From positions 95,568 through 159,567 of the IMG/VR virus record IMGVR_UViG_3300011115_000879: a DNA stretch of 64,000 nucleotides. The stretch is one strand, 5' to 3'. Position numbers and translations under genes: made by a program. Source of the stretch: a virus. Of this stretch, positions 9,527-20,105 are shown in pieces; position 1 is the stretch's first letter, and each line of letters opens with the position of its first letter. Under the pieces are notes generated by a model, which worked only from the letters and a program-made list of their open reading frames with translations, searched no databases and was not told the DNA's origin.

Positions 9527-9874
9527 ATGATAAAACTAACAGATCTAATACAAGAATTAGACGTACCACAAAACATATATAAACCAGGAGTAAAACCAGA
9601 ATCTGATGATGAATTCATGAAAAAAGGATTCAAAATGAGTCAAACTACTGTTGATCCTGAAACCGGAGCTTCTACATCAAATGTAGAATATTTACCATCA
9701 TTTGAACAAATTCGTAAAGATATCATAATGACACGTAGAGAATTTCAACCATTTAAATTTTCATCTAATCCTGATATAGCTAAATTGGCTAAAGATATTA
9801 ATATGCACTTAACTAAAGCTTCTAACATGATTTTCGCTTTAGATAAAATGGTTGAATTACAAAGAAAAGGATAA
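9527..9874 (+). CDS. Hypothetical protein with MIKLTDLIQE N-terminal tag (putative head protein)
   Basis: 115-aa ORF; same tag family. Confidence 0.55.
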   Translation: MIKLTDLIQELDVPQNIYKPGVKPESDDEFMKKGFKMSQTTVDPETGASTSNVEYLPSFEQIRKDIIMTRREFQPFKFSSNPDIAKLAKDINMHLTKASNMIFALDKMVELQRKG

Positions 9875-9876
9875 CA

Positions 9877-11145
9877 ATGCCAAGACAAGATAAACCAATA
9901 CCAAGAACCGCACTTGAAATAACGCAAGAGCAAATCACACCATACCTAGCTAATCTAGGTACTCCGGTTAGTGAACAACATGCTTTTGCTCATAATCGCG
10001 GTACAGATTATTCTGCAAAGAATGAATTTGTAAAGGATATTAGTATTGGTTTAGAGGATATAGACAACGCAATGTTATACTATTTTGATAACTTTATTAA
10101 ACCTACTGTAATTCAAGATGGTAATAGAATGGCAGTAAGAACAATATATGGTTCACCAGAACGTTGGAAATCAGTTCAGGCAGATGGCTTTCATAGAGAT
10201 GGAAACGGACAAATTATAGTCCCTATTATAATGTTTAAACGCGATACAGTTGAAAAAACTAGAGGTTTAGGCAATAAAATAGATGGTAATACAGTAGCAT
10301 TATATCAAACAGTAGGTACATCATATAATAGAAATAATGTATATGATAAATTTGATATAATAAATAATAGAATACCATCAAAACGCTACTACCTAACTAC
10401 AGTACCAGATTATGTTACATTAACGTATAGCTGTATTATATTTACCAACTTTGTAGAGCAAAACAATAAAATAGTAGAAGCAATTGAATTTGCTTCCGAT
10501 TCATATTGGGGAGACCCAGCACGTTTTAAATTTAGAACAAGCATTGATACATTCAGTACAACAGTACTAATGGAATCAGGTACAGATAGAGTAGCAAAAT
10601 CAACATTTACATTTAAAGTAAATGGCTATATAATACCAAACACTATTAATAAAGACTTATCAACAATACGCAATAAATTCTATACTAAATCACAAGTAGT
10701 ATTTGATTTAGAAGTAATAGACGCGGCCGGTGTAACAACTAATGTAGACGCATTAACATTTGCAAACAAACCAGCAGCACAAAATTCAGCTGGTTCTACG
10801 TCATTCGTTGGAGGCGGCATTAATGTAACTAATAACATAGGAGCTAGTAATGCCGATTTATCATATATAAATGCAAATAAACAATTAACAGCTAATACTT
10901 TAACAACAAATACAGCCATATTTACAGGAGCAGTATTATTAAATCCACCAGATGGTTCCACACTTCCTGCAACATCAGCTGCTAATTTTGCAGTTTATAT
11001 TAATAGTGTATATGTTTCACCATCATATATAACTAATATTACATCAACAGCAGGTAATGTAATATTTACTTTTGACACAACAAGCTTAGGATACACATTA
11101 GATAACACAACAGATACAGTAGTAGCAATCGGTAAATTTCAATAA
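9877..11145 (+). CDS. Tail completion/terminator protein (gp15-like) with C-terminal extension
   Basis: DID.A...YF, IYGSPERWKS, VPDYV.L.Y...I.T...EQ.NKIVEAI; sits in the neck cluster. Confidence 0.55.
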   Translation: MPRQDKPIPRTALEITQEQITPYLANLGTPVSEQHAFAHNRGTDYSAKNEFVKDISIGLEDIDNAMLYYFDNFIKPTVIQDGNRMAVRTIYGSPERWKSVQADGFHRDGNGQIIVPIIMFKRDTVEKTRGLGNKIDGNTVALYQTVGTSYNRNNVYDKFDIINNRIPSKRYYLTTVPDYVTLTYSCIIFTNFVEQNNKIVEAIEFASDSYWGDPARFKFRTSIDTFSTTVLMESGTDRVAKSTFTFKVNGYIIPNTINKDLSTIRNKFYTKSQVVFDLEVIDAAGVTTNVDALTFANKPAAQNSAGSTSFVGGGINVTNNIGASNADLSYINANKQLTANTLTTNTAIFTGAVLLNPPDGSTLPATSAANFAVYINSVYVSPSYITNITSTAGNVIFTFDTTSLGYTLDNTTDTVVAIGKFQ

Positions 11146-13007
11146 TGAGCAACAAAATACTTAATAAACAAATACAATTTCCATTATCAGGATCATTTAC
11201 TGGATCTTTATTTGGTACTGCATCTTATGCCACAACAGCCTCTTATGTAATAGGAGGTGGTGGAAGTGGAACAGGATTTCCATTTAGTGGCAGTGCTGTT
11301 ATTACAGGAAGTTTACTTGTAAGCGGTAGCGGATTAACTATAACAGGATCTTTAAATGTAACTAACGGAATAACAGGATCATTATTAGGTACTGCATCAT
11401 TTGCAACAACAGCATCCAACATAACACCAGCCTTTACAGGCATTATCGCCAATACAAATAACAACGTACTAACATCAAACGGTGATGGTACAGTAACGGG
11501 TGAATCCAATTTGTATTTTGATGGAACTAATTTAGGTATTGGTAAAACAAATCCATCAGTTCCGTTAGATGTATTAGGTAATACTAACTTATCAGGTTCA
11601 TTAAATATATCAGGATCCACAACAACAAATGGAAATTTTACATTTACAGCTGTAAATAGGAGTATTGTCGGTAGTAATTCAACTACTACTGTCGCATTTG
11701 GAGGTTCTCTTGAATTAGGTGGATTTAGCAATATACTATTAAAAGTTAACGGTGCCATAAGAGGAACTATTTACGATAAAGGAAATTTCACCATTGCTAA
11801 CAATGCTAACGATGTAACTGATAGAGGATATAGAATAGCAGCAATATCGTCAGGATCTGCTACTGCTCAAGTATCAGGATCACTATACACAGAGGGATTT
11901 GTGTATCATTCAGGTATAATATCTGGGTCAGCTGTAGCAAATAATCCATCATCATCTATAATGCAAATAGGTGGCACAATTACGCCTACAGGTTCATTAA
12001 CAGGAGCAAGTGCAATATTCATCAACCCAATAATGTCAGCAAGTGCTAATAATCAGACATTAAACGGGTTAGATATTGCTCTTACAGTTAATACGGGAAG
12101 TTCTACTGGAACTATTTCAAATGCAATTAGGGTCGGAGGTAACATTACACCATCCAGTAATAATATCTACAGTATAGGAGCAACAAATTTTAGATTTTCA
12201 AATATCTTTACCGGAGGTTCAATATATACACCAGCAATTAGGGCAACCACATTAGTATTTGGTAATGAGGGTGGAACTGAGTATGGAAGATTTACATCGA
12301 ATGGTAACTTCCTAGTAGGTACAACAGCAGACACGGGCTACAAAGTGAATATAGGAGCGACAGGTACATCAGGCTCACTATTCGTATCAGGCTCATCTAC
12401 ATTTGCTGGTAATATTATAGTAACAGGATCATTAACAGTCAGTGCCTCAACAGCACAATTCCTAGCACAAAATGGAACAGTTACTAATCCGGCATATTCA
12501 TTTAGTAATGATACTAATACTGGGTTTAGGGGTGTAGGTAGTGGAGGCACTCAATATGTAGCAAGTGGATTAGGTTATATTAATTTTTATGGTGATAGTA
12601 TTAGAGTAAACACAACAAATATCACAATTCGTGATACTGCAGCAAACCACTTATTAGGATTTAGAAGTGTTAACCTAAATTCAAATGGAAAAAACAACTA
12701 TATTAGATTAGCAAATGCTGATACAGGTAGTGCTACTAATCCAAGAATAGAAGTAACTACTAGTGGTACTGATACGAATATATCATTAGATATAGTTCCA
12801 TTAGGTACGGGAAGCATTAACTTAATAGGAATAACTAGAATAACAGGATCAGCTATAGTAACAGGATCACTTATAATGGATCCATCTGGTTCATTTACAT
12901 TACCACTTACATCATCAACGTTACCATCCACAGGTAGTATGTATTGGAGTGGATCATTATTGTTTGTATATAATGGTACTAGATATATGAGTGCTAGCTT
13001 TGTATAA
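11145..13007 (+). CDS. Ser/Thr/Gly-rich fibre or appendage protein
   Basis: Repeated ITGS, SGS and GTASYA motifs, GIGKTNPS..LDV.G fibre repeats, PAYSFSNDTNTG motif. Confidence 0.65.
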   Translation: MSNKILNKQIQFPLSGSFTGSLFGTASYATTASYVIGGGGSGTGFPFSGSAVITGSLLVSGSGLTITGSLNVTNGITGSLLGTASFATTASNITPAFTGIIANTNNNVLTSNGDGTVTGESNLYFDGTNLGIGKTNPSVPLDVLGNTNLSGSLNISGSTTTNGNFTFTAVNRSIVGSNSTTTVAFGGSLELGGFSNILLKVNGAIRGTIYDKGNFTIANNANDVTDRGYRIAAISSGSATAQVSGSLYTEGFVYHSGIISGSAVANNPSSSIMQIGGTITPTGSLTGASAIFINPIMSASANNQTLNGLDIALTVNTGSSTGTISNAIRVGGNITPSSNNIYSIGATNFRFSNIFTGGSIYTPAIRATTLVFGNEGGTEYGRFTSNGNFLVGTTADTGYKVNIGATGTSGSLFVSGSSTFAGNIIVTGSLTVSASTAQFLAQNGTVTNPAYSFSNDTNTGFRGVGSGGTQYVASGLGYINFYGDSIRVNTTNITIRDTAANHLLGFRSVNLNSNGKNNYIRLANADTGSATNPRIEVTTSGTDTNISLDIVPLGTGSINLIGITRITGSAIVTGSLIMDPSGSFTLPLTSSTLPSTGSMYWSGSLLFVYNGTRYMSASFV

Positions 13008-13073
13008 TATTTATAGACAGCTTACATAAGCCGTAATATCAAGATATATATCTAACAAACTGATTCCATACAT

Positions 13074-16000
13074 ATGGCTAGCAATATAGAAATAAAACGG
13101 AGTGCCGTCCCTGGCAAAGTCCCAACAACATCATCCCTACAACTAGGACAGATAGCCCTTAACACATACGAAGGTAAAGCATATCTTAAAAAAGATAACG
13201 GTGTTCAATCTATTATAGAAATAGGTAGCGCAACATTCCCGTATATAGGAAATGCCGTTATTACAGGCAGTTTAACTGTAAGTGGTAGTGGAATAACTGT
13301 AATAGGCAATCAAACAATAACTGGATCACTCAAAGTAACTGGTTCTTATACACTAACCGGAACTACATCATTAACAGGTAGTGTTAGTATTAGTGGATCT
13401 ACGACTATAATAGGTACAACTAATTTTAGTAATTCATCAACTACGATAACAGGTTCATTATTAGTAAGTGGCTCTACAACTCAAATAGGCAACAACACTC
13501 TAACAGGTAATACTAGTTTAAGTGGTAGTATTAATATTAGTGGTTCAAGTACAATACGAGGAACCACTTCAATGACTGGTTCATTATTAGTAAGTGGTTC
13601 TACAACACAAATTGGTAATAATACTCTAACAGGAAATACCCTATTAAGTGGTAGTATTACAATATCAGGATCGTTTCCTATAGGTAGTTATTCATCATCT
13701 GTAAACATATACGGAGATACATCAATGACGGGTTACTTAAAATTTAACCCTCAATCTACAAATATAAACACATCCATATCATCATCGTATATCTATGTAT
13801 CAGGTTCAACAAATGATTTATATTTTAGCCAAAACAGTAATGGATTTAGTAATATAACTCGTTTACGTTGGTTAGAAGGTAATCTATACACAGGTTTATT
13901 AAATGGGGGAATAATCACAACACAATCATCCACAGTATATCAAGTACAAAGCGGTAGTGGTATTATTGTTACAATGAATGCTTCACTAGGCAGTGACCCA
14001 TACCCTACAGTACAATACATTAACTGGCCAACTTTATCATCCAGTATAGCATCATTAAGTGCATCATATGACCAGCAATTTGTTGCTATAAATACATCAG
14101 CACAAATATTTGCTCAAGGAATACCATATTATGACGGTGATTATAATACTAAAATACCACTTGGTATTGTAATACATCAAAATCACTCAACAATAAATGC
14201 CGTACAAACATTTCCAAGTGTAGGATATGGCTGGAAACAAAGATCATATGATTTTATTAAAGCATTTGGCCCATTAAAAACATCAGGTTATACTTTACAA
14301 GCAAGTAGCTCACTTGGATTATTATTAGGAGGAGGTACTGCATGGGTTGATGGTAGAAATTATACAGTAGACCCAAATAATCCAAGTTACATTACAGAAG
14401 CAACAGGTATAACAACATCAAAGATATACTACTACTATCAAACAGGATCCGATTTTAAATATGATACAAATGGTGGAAACGGATATACAAACGTAACAGC
14501 ATCGTTGTATTCAAATAATGGTGTATTAACTGCCTTATCAACCAATAATAAGTGGTCAATACAAAGAGTATATTATTTCCCTAATAGTGCTACAAAAGCA
14601 TTTTACATTTATTATGGTAATGTTCAATATGATACCTATGCAGAGGCTTTAGCAGGTATATCTACAGAAGCATTTACCGAAGCACCAAACACAGCAGCAA
14701 ACGCCATCTTTGTGGGATATATGCTGTTACAAAAAACAGCAAATTTTACTACAACTCCTGGACCAACAGGAACATGGGAATTTAGAGCAGGTAGCTTATT
14801 CAGAGCAGGAGGTAGTGGAGGAGCTAGTGGTGGTGGCGGCGGTGGTGCAACATCATTAACTGGTTTAACTGATGTATCTATAACTTCACCAACTAATGGA
14901 CAACCATTAACATATAATGCTACTACAACAAAATGGAGTAATAGCAGCGCTATAACAGCTAGTGTATTAGGTAATTTAACTGGTACAGCAGCAACAGCAT
15001 CCTATGTAACAGCATCTGCTGTAGTAGGAACTGTAGCAAGTAGTTCATATGCTTTAACAGCATCATATGCAATGAATGGTGGTGGCGTTACATCGATAAT
15101 AGCAGGTAGTGGTATAAGTGTAAATCAATCAACAGGAAATGTAACTATTACAAACACAGGTGGTGGTGGTTCAACATTTCCCTATATAGGAAATGCTGTC
15201 ATTACAGGTAGTTTGACTGTAAGTGGTAGTGGAATAACAGGATCATTATACGGTGTAGCAGAATCTGCTTTAGTTAAATATGAATTAGCAACATATAACT
15301 TTGGAGGTAGTAACTATAAAATTAGTGATTTTCAAAATTCTATTATGGGTGTTTATTCAAATTTTAATCCCAATATATCAAATGCTGGTGATAGTATACC
15401 TACTTTATTACCATATCTATATGTAGATATATTAGACTATACTAATCAAACAGCATATTATAAACAAACATTCAGTACTTTATCTAGTTTAAGTAGTTCA
15501 TTATCTTCAAGAGGAGTCGTTACAGGTAAATTAATCTTCTATTCATATCAAAATGATACTAAAAATATGAAAGTAGGAGGTATTAATATATTATATTCAT
15601 CAATAGGCAATAATAAAATCCAATCAAGAAAATCAATTAACCCTGATACAGGATCAGCAGCATATACTGCACTTAATAATTTCATATCAAGTTCATTAGT
15701 TACATATGGTTCATCTAATATACCTAATTTTACTACTAATTATATTAATCAAAATCAAGTTAATACAATACATACAGGTAAAGTTATAGGAATGGTACCT
15801 ATTAACAAATATGAAAAAAGACATATAAAAAATTTCTATTATTACAATCCTAAACCTAATAGCTCAGTTAATTCAAGTAATAGCTTAGTAACACCTGCAA
15901 CAACACGTAGTAAATTATTAGCCCATATACTCTGTTCAGTCGTTATAACTAAAACAACAGTACCCGTTTTTAATTTTAGTTTTGTAGCACTTAATACAAC

Positions 16001-16463
16001 ATATAGATATTCTTGGGATAATAGTGGAGTATTTAAAGCTAATGGCAACCAAGGATATTTCCATATTTATATATTCGAAACAGATCCAGGACTGCGAAGC
16101 ATAGCAGTTGAAGCCTTAACAATAGATCAATTAAACTTACCCTTTTCATCGCGGTCAGGAGATGCTACTGGTGCTCATTCTAGCTATATGTATTTACTCA
16201 AGAAAAATAATACTATAGCTGTAAGTACATCTCATACAAGAACCGATACTCAATTAGACATAGACGGAGTAAGTTTAATAGATAATACATTTAATATAAA
16301 TGGTAATTTTTTCTATAATGATAAAAATAATAACGATATAACAGCTATTAGATTTTATTCAAATAAAACATGTGATGTATTTAATAGATGTTGTAGATTA
16401 GAATATAATAAGTATAATGGAACTAAACTAAATTATTTTAAATTAAATTATAATAGTCCTTAA
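13074..16463 (+). CDS. Long fibre protein with N-terminal attachment module
   Basis: N-terminal IKRSAVPGKVP...L.LG.IALNT..GK.Y typical of phage fibre N-termini, LTGLTDV.ITSP.NGQ.L.YN...KW.N repeat, internal TGS repeats. Confidence 0.7.
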   Translation: MASNIEIKRSAVPGKVPTTSSLQLGQIALNTYEGKAYLKKDNGVQSIIEIGSATFPYIGNAVITGSLTVSGSGITVIGNQTITGSLKVTGSYTLTGTTSLTGSVSISGSTTIIGTTNFSNSSTTITGSLLVSGSTTQIGNNTLTGNTSLSGSINISGSSTIRGTTSMTGSLLVSGSTTQIGNNTLTGNTLLSGSITISGSFPIGSYSSSVNIYGDTSMTGYLKFNPQSTNINTSISSSYIYVSGSTNDLYFSQNSNGFSNITRLRWLEGNLYTGLLNGGIITTQSSTVYQVQSGSGIIVTMNASLGSDPYPTVQYINWPTLSSSIASLSASYDQQFVAINTSAQIFAQGIPYYDGDYNTKIPLGIVIHQNHSTINAVQTFPSVGYGWKQRSYDFIKAFGPLKTSGYTLQASSSLGLLLGGGTAWVDGRNYTVDPNNPSYITEATGITTSKIYYYYQTGSDFKYDTNGGNGYTNVTASLYSNNGVLTALSTNNKWSIQRVYYFPNSATKAFYIYYGNVQYDTYAEALAGISTEAFTEAPNTAANAIFVGYMLLQKTANFTTTPGPTGTWEFRAGSLFRAGGSGGASGGGGGGATSLTGLTDVSITSPTNGQPLTYNATTTKWSNSSAITASVLGNLTGTAATASYVTASAVVGTVASSSYALTASYAMNGGGVTSIIAGSGISVNQSTGNVTITNTGGGGSTFPYIGNAVITGSLTVSGSGITGSLYGVAESALVKYELATYNFGGSNYKISDFQNSIMGVYSNFNPNISNAGDSIPTLLPYLYVDILDYTNQTAYYKQTFSTLSSLSSSLSSRGVVTGKLIFYSYQNDTKNMKVGGINILYSSIGNNKIQSRKSINPDTGSAAYTALNNFISSSLVTYGSSNIPNFTTNYINQNQVNTIHTGKVIGMVPINKYEKRHIKNFYYYNPKPNSSVNSSNSLVTPATTRSKLLAHILCSVVITKTTVPVFNFSFVALNTTYRYSWDNSGVFKANGNQGYFHIYIFETDPGLRSIAVEALTIDQLNLPFSSRSGDATGAHSSYMYLLKKNNTIAVSTSHTRTDTQLDIDGVSLIDNTFNINGNFFYNDKNNNDITAIRFYSNKTCDVFNRCCRLEYNKYNGTKLNYFKLNYNSP
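13450..13670 (+). repeat. Tandem 126-bp (42-aa) period repeat inside the fibre gene
   Basis: TGSLLVSGSTTQIGNNTLTGNT(S/L)LSGSI occurs twice; DNA ggttcattattagtaagtgg(c/t)tctacaac at about 13452 and 13578. Confidence 0.8.
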
Positions 16464-16477
16464 TATTATAATATTTA

Positions 16478-16581
16478 TAAATAGAAGCTACTGACTAAAA
16501 TGTGAGTTTCTATTTTGGATACGCTGTTTAAAATACAATATCCTATTAAGTCCCTGCTGTCCAAAATGCAAGGGACTTTTT
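16478..16581 (+). ncRNA. Candidate structured leader/attenuator or small RNA
   Basis: Promoter motif at 16471-16478, then an 11-bp stem AAATAGAAGCT/AGTTTCTATTT, a GGATA/TATCC stem, and a terminator AAGTCCCTGC...GCAAGGGACTTTTT. Confidence 0.4.
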
Positions 16582-16601
16582 CTATCTAATTAATATCGAA
16601 T

Positions 16602-17669
16602 ATGCAAAATAGTATTTCATTTAAAAAACCAAACGACCTAAATGCTTACCAACTCATCAAAAGTGGTAGCACACTACAACTAAACTACTACTCAGCTAGT
16701 ATTGTACCGGTATCTGGAGGAATTTTAAATATAAGCTCAAGTATAAATGTGACCGGAGGTATAACAGGATCATTATTTGGAACTGCAACTACAGCATCAT
16801 ATATTTTAAATGCAGTAAATGCTGGTAATGGATTTCCATTTAGTGGAAGTGCCATTATTACAGGTAGTTTAGTTGTAAGTGGTAGTAGTGGTTTAACAGT
16901 ATTAGGACCATCAGTTTTTAAAGCAACTGGATCAGGTGTAAAAGTATTTTCCCTACAATCATCTGATTATATTGCTGGTTCAGCAGGAACTTCTCTAGAA
17001 ATAGATGCACCTTCTGGGAGTCCTTCTACTTCTACTATAACAGTTAAACAAGCAGGTGGGAATGTTGCTGCAAACTTAACTTTATCAACAAGTACTAATT
17101 TAATATTACCAAATAGTTCATTAGCTATAGGTAAAACATCACCATCTACTACATTAGATGTATTAGGTACTACCAACCTTTCAGGTTCATTATCTGTAAA
17201 AGGAACCGCAGCTATAACAGGCTCATTATCAGTAAGCGGCTCAACAACTATTAGAGGGTTAGGTAGTAATGATTTTACAATATTAGCACCTGACTTTGTT
17301 GGAAGTTCTACCGGAACAGAAATATTAATTACTGCCCCTGCCTCAAACGCCTCTGCTACATTAAGTGTTAGAACCGGTGGAGGGCCAGGCGGTGGAAATT
17401 TAACAATATCATCAGGAACTACTATAATAGGATCATTTAGCGGATCTTTAGTAGGTACTGCATCAACAGCGTCATTTGTAACAGGATCTGTATTTAACAG
17501 TGCTAATCTAGCATTAAGTGCATCGTATGCTTTAACAGCATCCTACATACTACAGGCAGTAAGTGCTTCATTCGCAACAACAGCTTCATTCGCTTTAAAT
17601 GCAGGAACAGCAGGTATTTCACAAGGTAAAGTAGTAGCAATAGCAACAGGATATTCAAATTTATTTTAA
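16602..17669 (+). CDS. Ser/Thr/Gly-rich fibre protein
   Basis: GFPFSGSAIITGSL and AIGKTSPSTTLDVLG modules shared with 11145..13007; ASYA/ASFA repeats. Confidence 0.6.
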   Translation: MQNSISFKKPNDLNAYQLIKSGSTLQLNYYSASIVPVSGGILNISSSINVTGGITGSLFGTATTASYILNAVNAGNGFPFSGSAIITGSLVVSGSSGLTVLGPSVFKATGSGVKVFSLQSSDYIAGSAGTSLEIDAPSGSPSTSTITVKQAGGNVAANLTLSTSTNLILPNSSLAIGKTSPSTTLDVLGTTNLSGSLSVKGTAAITGSLSVSGSTTIRGLGSNDFTILAPDFVGSSTGTEILITAPASNASATLSVRTGGGPGGGNLTISSGTTIIGSFSGSLVGTASTASFVTGSVFNSANLALSASYALTASYILQAVSASFATTASFALNAGTAGISQGKVVAIATGYSNLF

Positions 17670-17681
17670 AATATATAAACA

Positions 17682-18113
17682 ATGGCCGTAAACACAAACC
17701 CAATTTATTCCGGTACTGGACAAATAGGATTTACCACAGTTTTAACAGCAGCAAACGCATCTTATGATGCAACTGCAGCAAATGCAGTAACATTAATTAA
17801 TGCTAGTGTATCAGGTAGTTTCATACAAAGAATCAGATTTAAAGCATCAGGCTCAGCAACAGCAACAGTAGCACGTGTATTTCTTAATAATGCTGGTGGT
17901 GTAACAAGTAGCGCAGCAAGTAGTGTATTATTTGATGAAATTACATTAGCAGCAACTACAGCAACACAAACAGCAGCAACCGCAGTATATGAACTACCAA
18001 TGAATATAGCTTTACCATCAGGAAGTGCTATTGTAGTAGCAATTGCTACTGCCCAAGCTGGAGGTGGTGGATGGTATGCATCTGCTATAGGTGGTTCTTA
18101 TGTTCCTCAATAA
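17682..18113 (+). CDS. Small virion/fibre-associated protein
   Basis: 143-aa Ala/Thr-rich, beta-sandwich-like ORF within the fibre cluster. Confidence 0.5.
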   Translation: MAVNTNPIYSGTGQIGFTTVLTAANASYDATAANAVTLINASVSGSFIQRIRFKASGSATATVARVFLNNAGGVTSSAASSVLFDEITLAATTATQTAATAVYELPMNIALPSGSAIVVAIATAQAGGGGWYASAIGGSYVPQ

Positions 18114-18128
18114 TAAAATTATAATAAT

Positions 18129-18305
18129 ATGAGATATATGCTAATACAGGATGATGCAAATCCTGAAGTACAAATGTATTACGTAATGGAAGATGGTATA
18201 AATCAACTAATAAAAGTAGTTGATATGAATTGCAATGAATGCGGAGCCCCCGCAGCGCATTCTGTTATAGATAATAATCCACCATTACCCCCTTGCGCTG
18301 AATAA
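18129..18305 (+). CDS. Small hypothetical protein (not in ORF track)
   Basis: MRYMLIQDDANPEVQMYYVMEDGINQLIKVVDMNCNECGAPAAHSVIDNNPPLPPCAE (58 aa) fills the gap between neighbouring genes. Confidence 0.55.
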   Translation: MRYMLIQDDANPEVQMYYVMEDGINQLIKVVDMNCNECGAPAAHSVIDNNPPLPPCAE

Positions 18306-18317
18306 TAATTCTAAGTT

Positions 18318-19238
18318 ATGTTAGATCTCTTTAATATACCGTCTAATACAGATAGTACTAAAATATTTTATGTTCAAGGAGCAACAACTTGGCAAACATG
18401 GGTAAAACCACGTAATGCCAAGTTTATACAAATTGTTTGTATAGGTGGTGGTGGTGGAGGAGGCGGTGGAAGAGGAGCAAATGGAACCGCTACAGTTAGA
18501 GGTGGTGGTGGTGGGGGTGCTAGTGGTGGTATTACACAAGGTCTATACCCAGCATTCCTACTACCAGACACTTTATATGTACAACCAGGAATAGGAGGAG
18601 CAGGTGGACCCGGAGGTAATCTAGTAGGAGGAACAGCGGGTACAGCAGGAAGTACTAGTATAGTAACCTTACTTCCAACATCATCTGCTATAAGTAACAT
18701 ATGCATTGCTGCTGGAGGTAATGGAGGTGGTGCTGGTGCTACAGGAAATGCTGCAGGGGGAACTTCAACAGCCGCACAAACAGTAACAAATGCTCTTTTT
18801 TTAACACATGCTATCTTTACATCTTATGCTACAGTAGCAGGTAGTCAAGGAGCAGGTGTAGCCGGCGGCGCACCAGGAGCAGGCCAAACAGCATTAAATA
18901 CAGCAATAATAACTGGAGGAGGAGGAGGAGGAACAGCAACCGCTGGACCTGGAGGATCAATACTACCAGCTTCGGTAATACTATTATCTGTTGTTAGTGG
19001 CTCACCAGCACAAACTTCACCTAGTGTTAGTATACCTGCAGATAGTGGATACGGCTCTTTAACACCATTCTGCGGAACTGGAGGAGGTGGAGGTGGAGGA
19101 AACAATGCATTTACCGGAAGTGCAGGTGGAAGTGGATATTACGGGTGTGGTGGAGGTGGAGCCGGAGGAGGACAAAACGTTGGTGGAAGAGGCGGAAAAG
19201 GCGGAGACGGTTTAGTAATAATAACAACAATAACATAA
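18318..19238 (+). CDS. Glycine-rich virion protein, paralog 1
   Basis: MLD..., W.TW.KPR.AKF..I.CIG.GGGG, LP.TLYVQPG.GG, C-terminal GG.GG.GLV.I.T. Confidence 0.7.
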   Translation: MLDLFNIPSNTDSTKIFYVQGATTWQTWVKPRNAKFIQIVCIGGGGGGGGGRGANGTATVRGGGGGGASGGITQGLYPAFLLPDTLYVQPGIGGAGGPGGNLVGGTAGTAGSTSIVTLLPTSSAISNICIAAGGNGGGAGATGNAAGGTSTAAQTVTNALFLTHAIFTSYATVAGSQGAGVAGGAPGAGQTALNTAIITGGGGGGTATAGPGGSILPASVILLSVVSGSPAQTSPSVSIPADSGYGSLTPFCGTGGGGGGGNNAFTGSAGGSGYYGCGGGGAGGGQNVGGRGGKGGDGLVIITTIT

Positions 19239-20101
19239 TGTTAGATTTAGGATATTTTCAAAATAGCGGAAATGTAAATACACAAACATTTACAAACGCA
19301 GGCTCTTGGGTAACATGGCTTAAACCAAGAGGTGCTAAGTTTGTAAATATATTTTGTATTGGTGCCGGATCCGGTGGTGGTGGAGGATTTTTAACAGGAT
19401 CTGGAGCTAAATCAGGTGGTCAAGGTGGTTCAACTGGTGGTTATGTAAGATTACAATTACAAGCATCGATCCTACCAGATCTACTATACGTACAAACTGG
19501 AGTAGGTGGAACAGGAGGAACAGGAGGAAACCCATCAACTGCCGGAGGTAACGCAACAAAATCATATGTTTGTTTAATACCAGACACATCAAGTGCTTCT
19601 AATATAGTTTGCACATCAGGTAACGTAGTCGCAACAGGAGGAGTAGGAGGATCAACTATAACAGCAACGGGGGGTGTAGCAGAATCAATAGCTACAACAG
19701 CTAATATGGTATTTGCGAATTTAGGAACTTTCTTAGCAAGCCCGGGTGCTGGTGGACAAGCAGGAGGATTGACAACCGGTGGTAATGTTGGTACGAGTAC
19801 CTTCCTAATAGCAGGTTCGGGAGGAGGAGGAACAACTACGGGTGGTACGATGGTAGCGAATGGCCCCTTTCCTGGACTTCTAACTACAGCTGCTAATGCA
19901 AGTGGAGCAAATGGAATAACATTATATAAACCAATTTTATTATTCTCAGGAGGCATGGGCGCTGGAGGCGGTACAAATGGAGGTAAAGGCGGTGATGGAG
20001 CGCAATGTTGCGGTGGTGGAGGTGGAGGAGCAGGCACCGCATCAGCAGGTAACGGAGGTAAAGGTGGAGATGGATTAATAATAATAACAACAAGTTTTTA
20101 A
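19238..20101 (+). CDS. Glycine-rich virion protein, paralog 2
   Basis: True start is likely ATG 19238 (MLDLGYFQ, TAATG overlap with the previous stop); same motifs as paralogs 1 and 3. Confidence 0.7.
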   Translation: MLDLGYFQNSGNVNTQTFTNAGSWVTWLKPRGAKFVNIFCIGAGSGGGGGFLTGSGAKSGGQGGSTGGYVRLQLQASILPDLLYVQTGVGGTGGTGGNPSTAGGNATKSYVCLIPDTSSASNIVCTSGNVVATGGVGGSTITATGGVAESIATTANMVFANLGTFLASPGAGGQAGGLTTGGNVGTSTFLIAGSGGGGTTTGGTMVANGPFPGLLTTAANASGANGITLYKPILLFSGGMGAGGGTNGGKGGDGAQCCGGGGGGAGTASAGNGGKGGDGLIIITTSF

Positions 20102-20105
20102 AAAT

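Noticed and set aside
19145-19237. Arg/Trp-rich N-terminal extension of glycine-rich paralog 2
   Set aside because: Alternative-frame reading of Gly codons of the upstream gene; paralogs start at MLD (19238).
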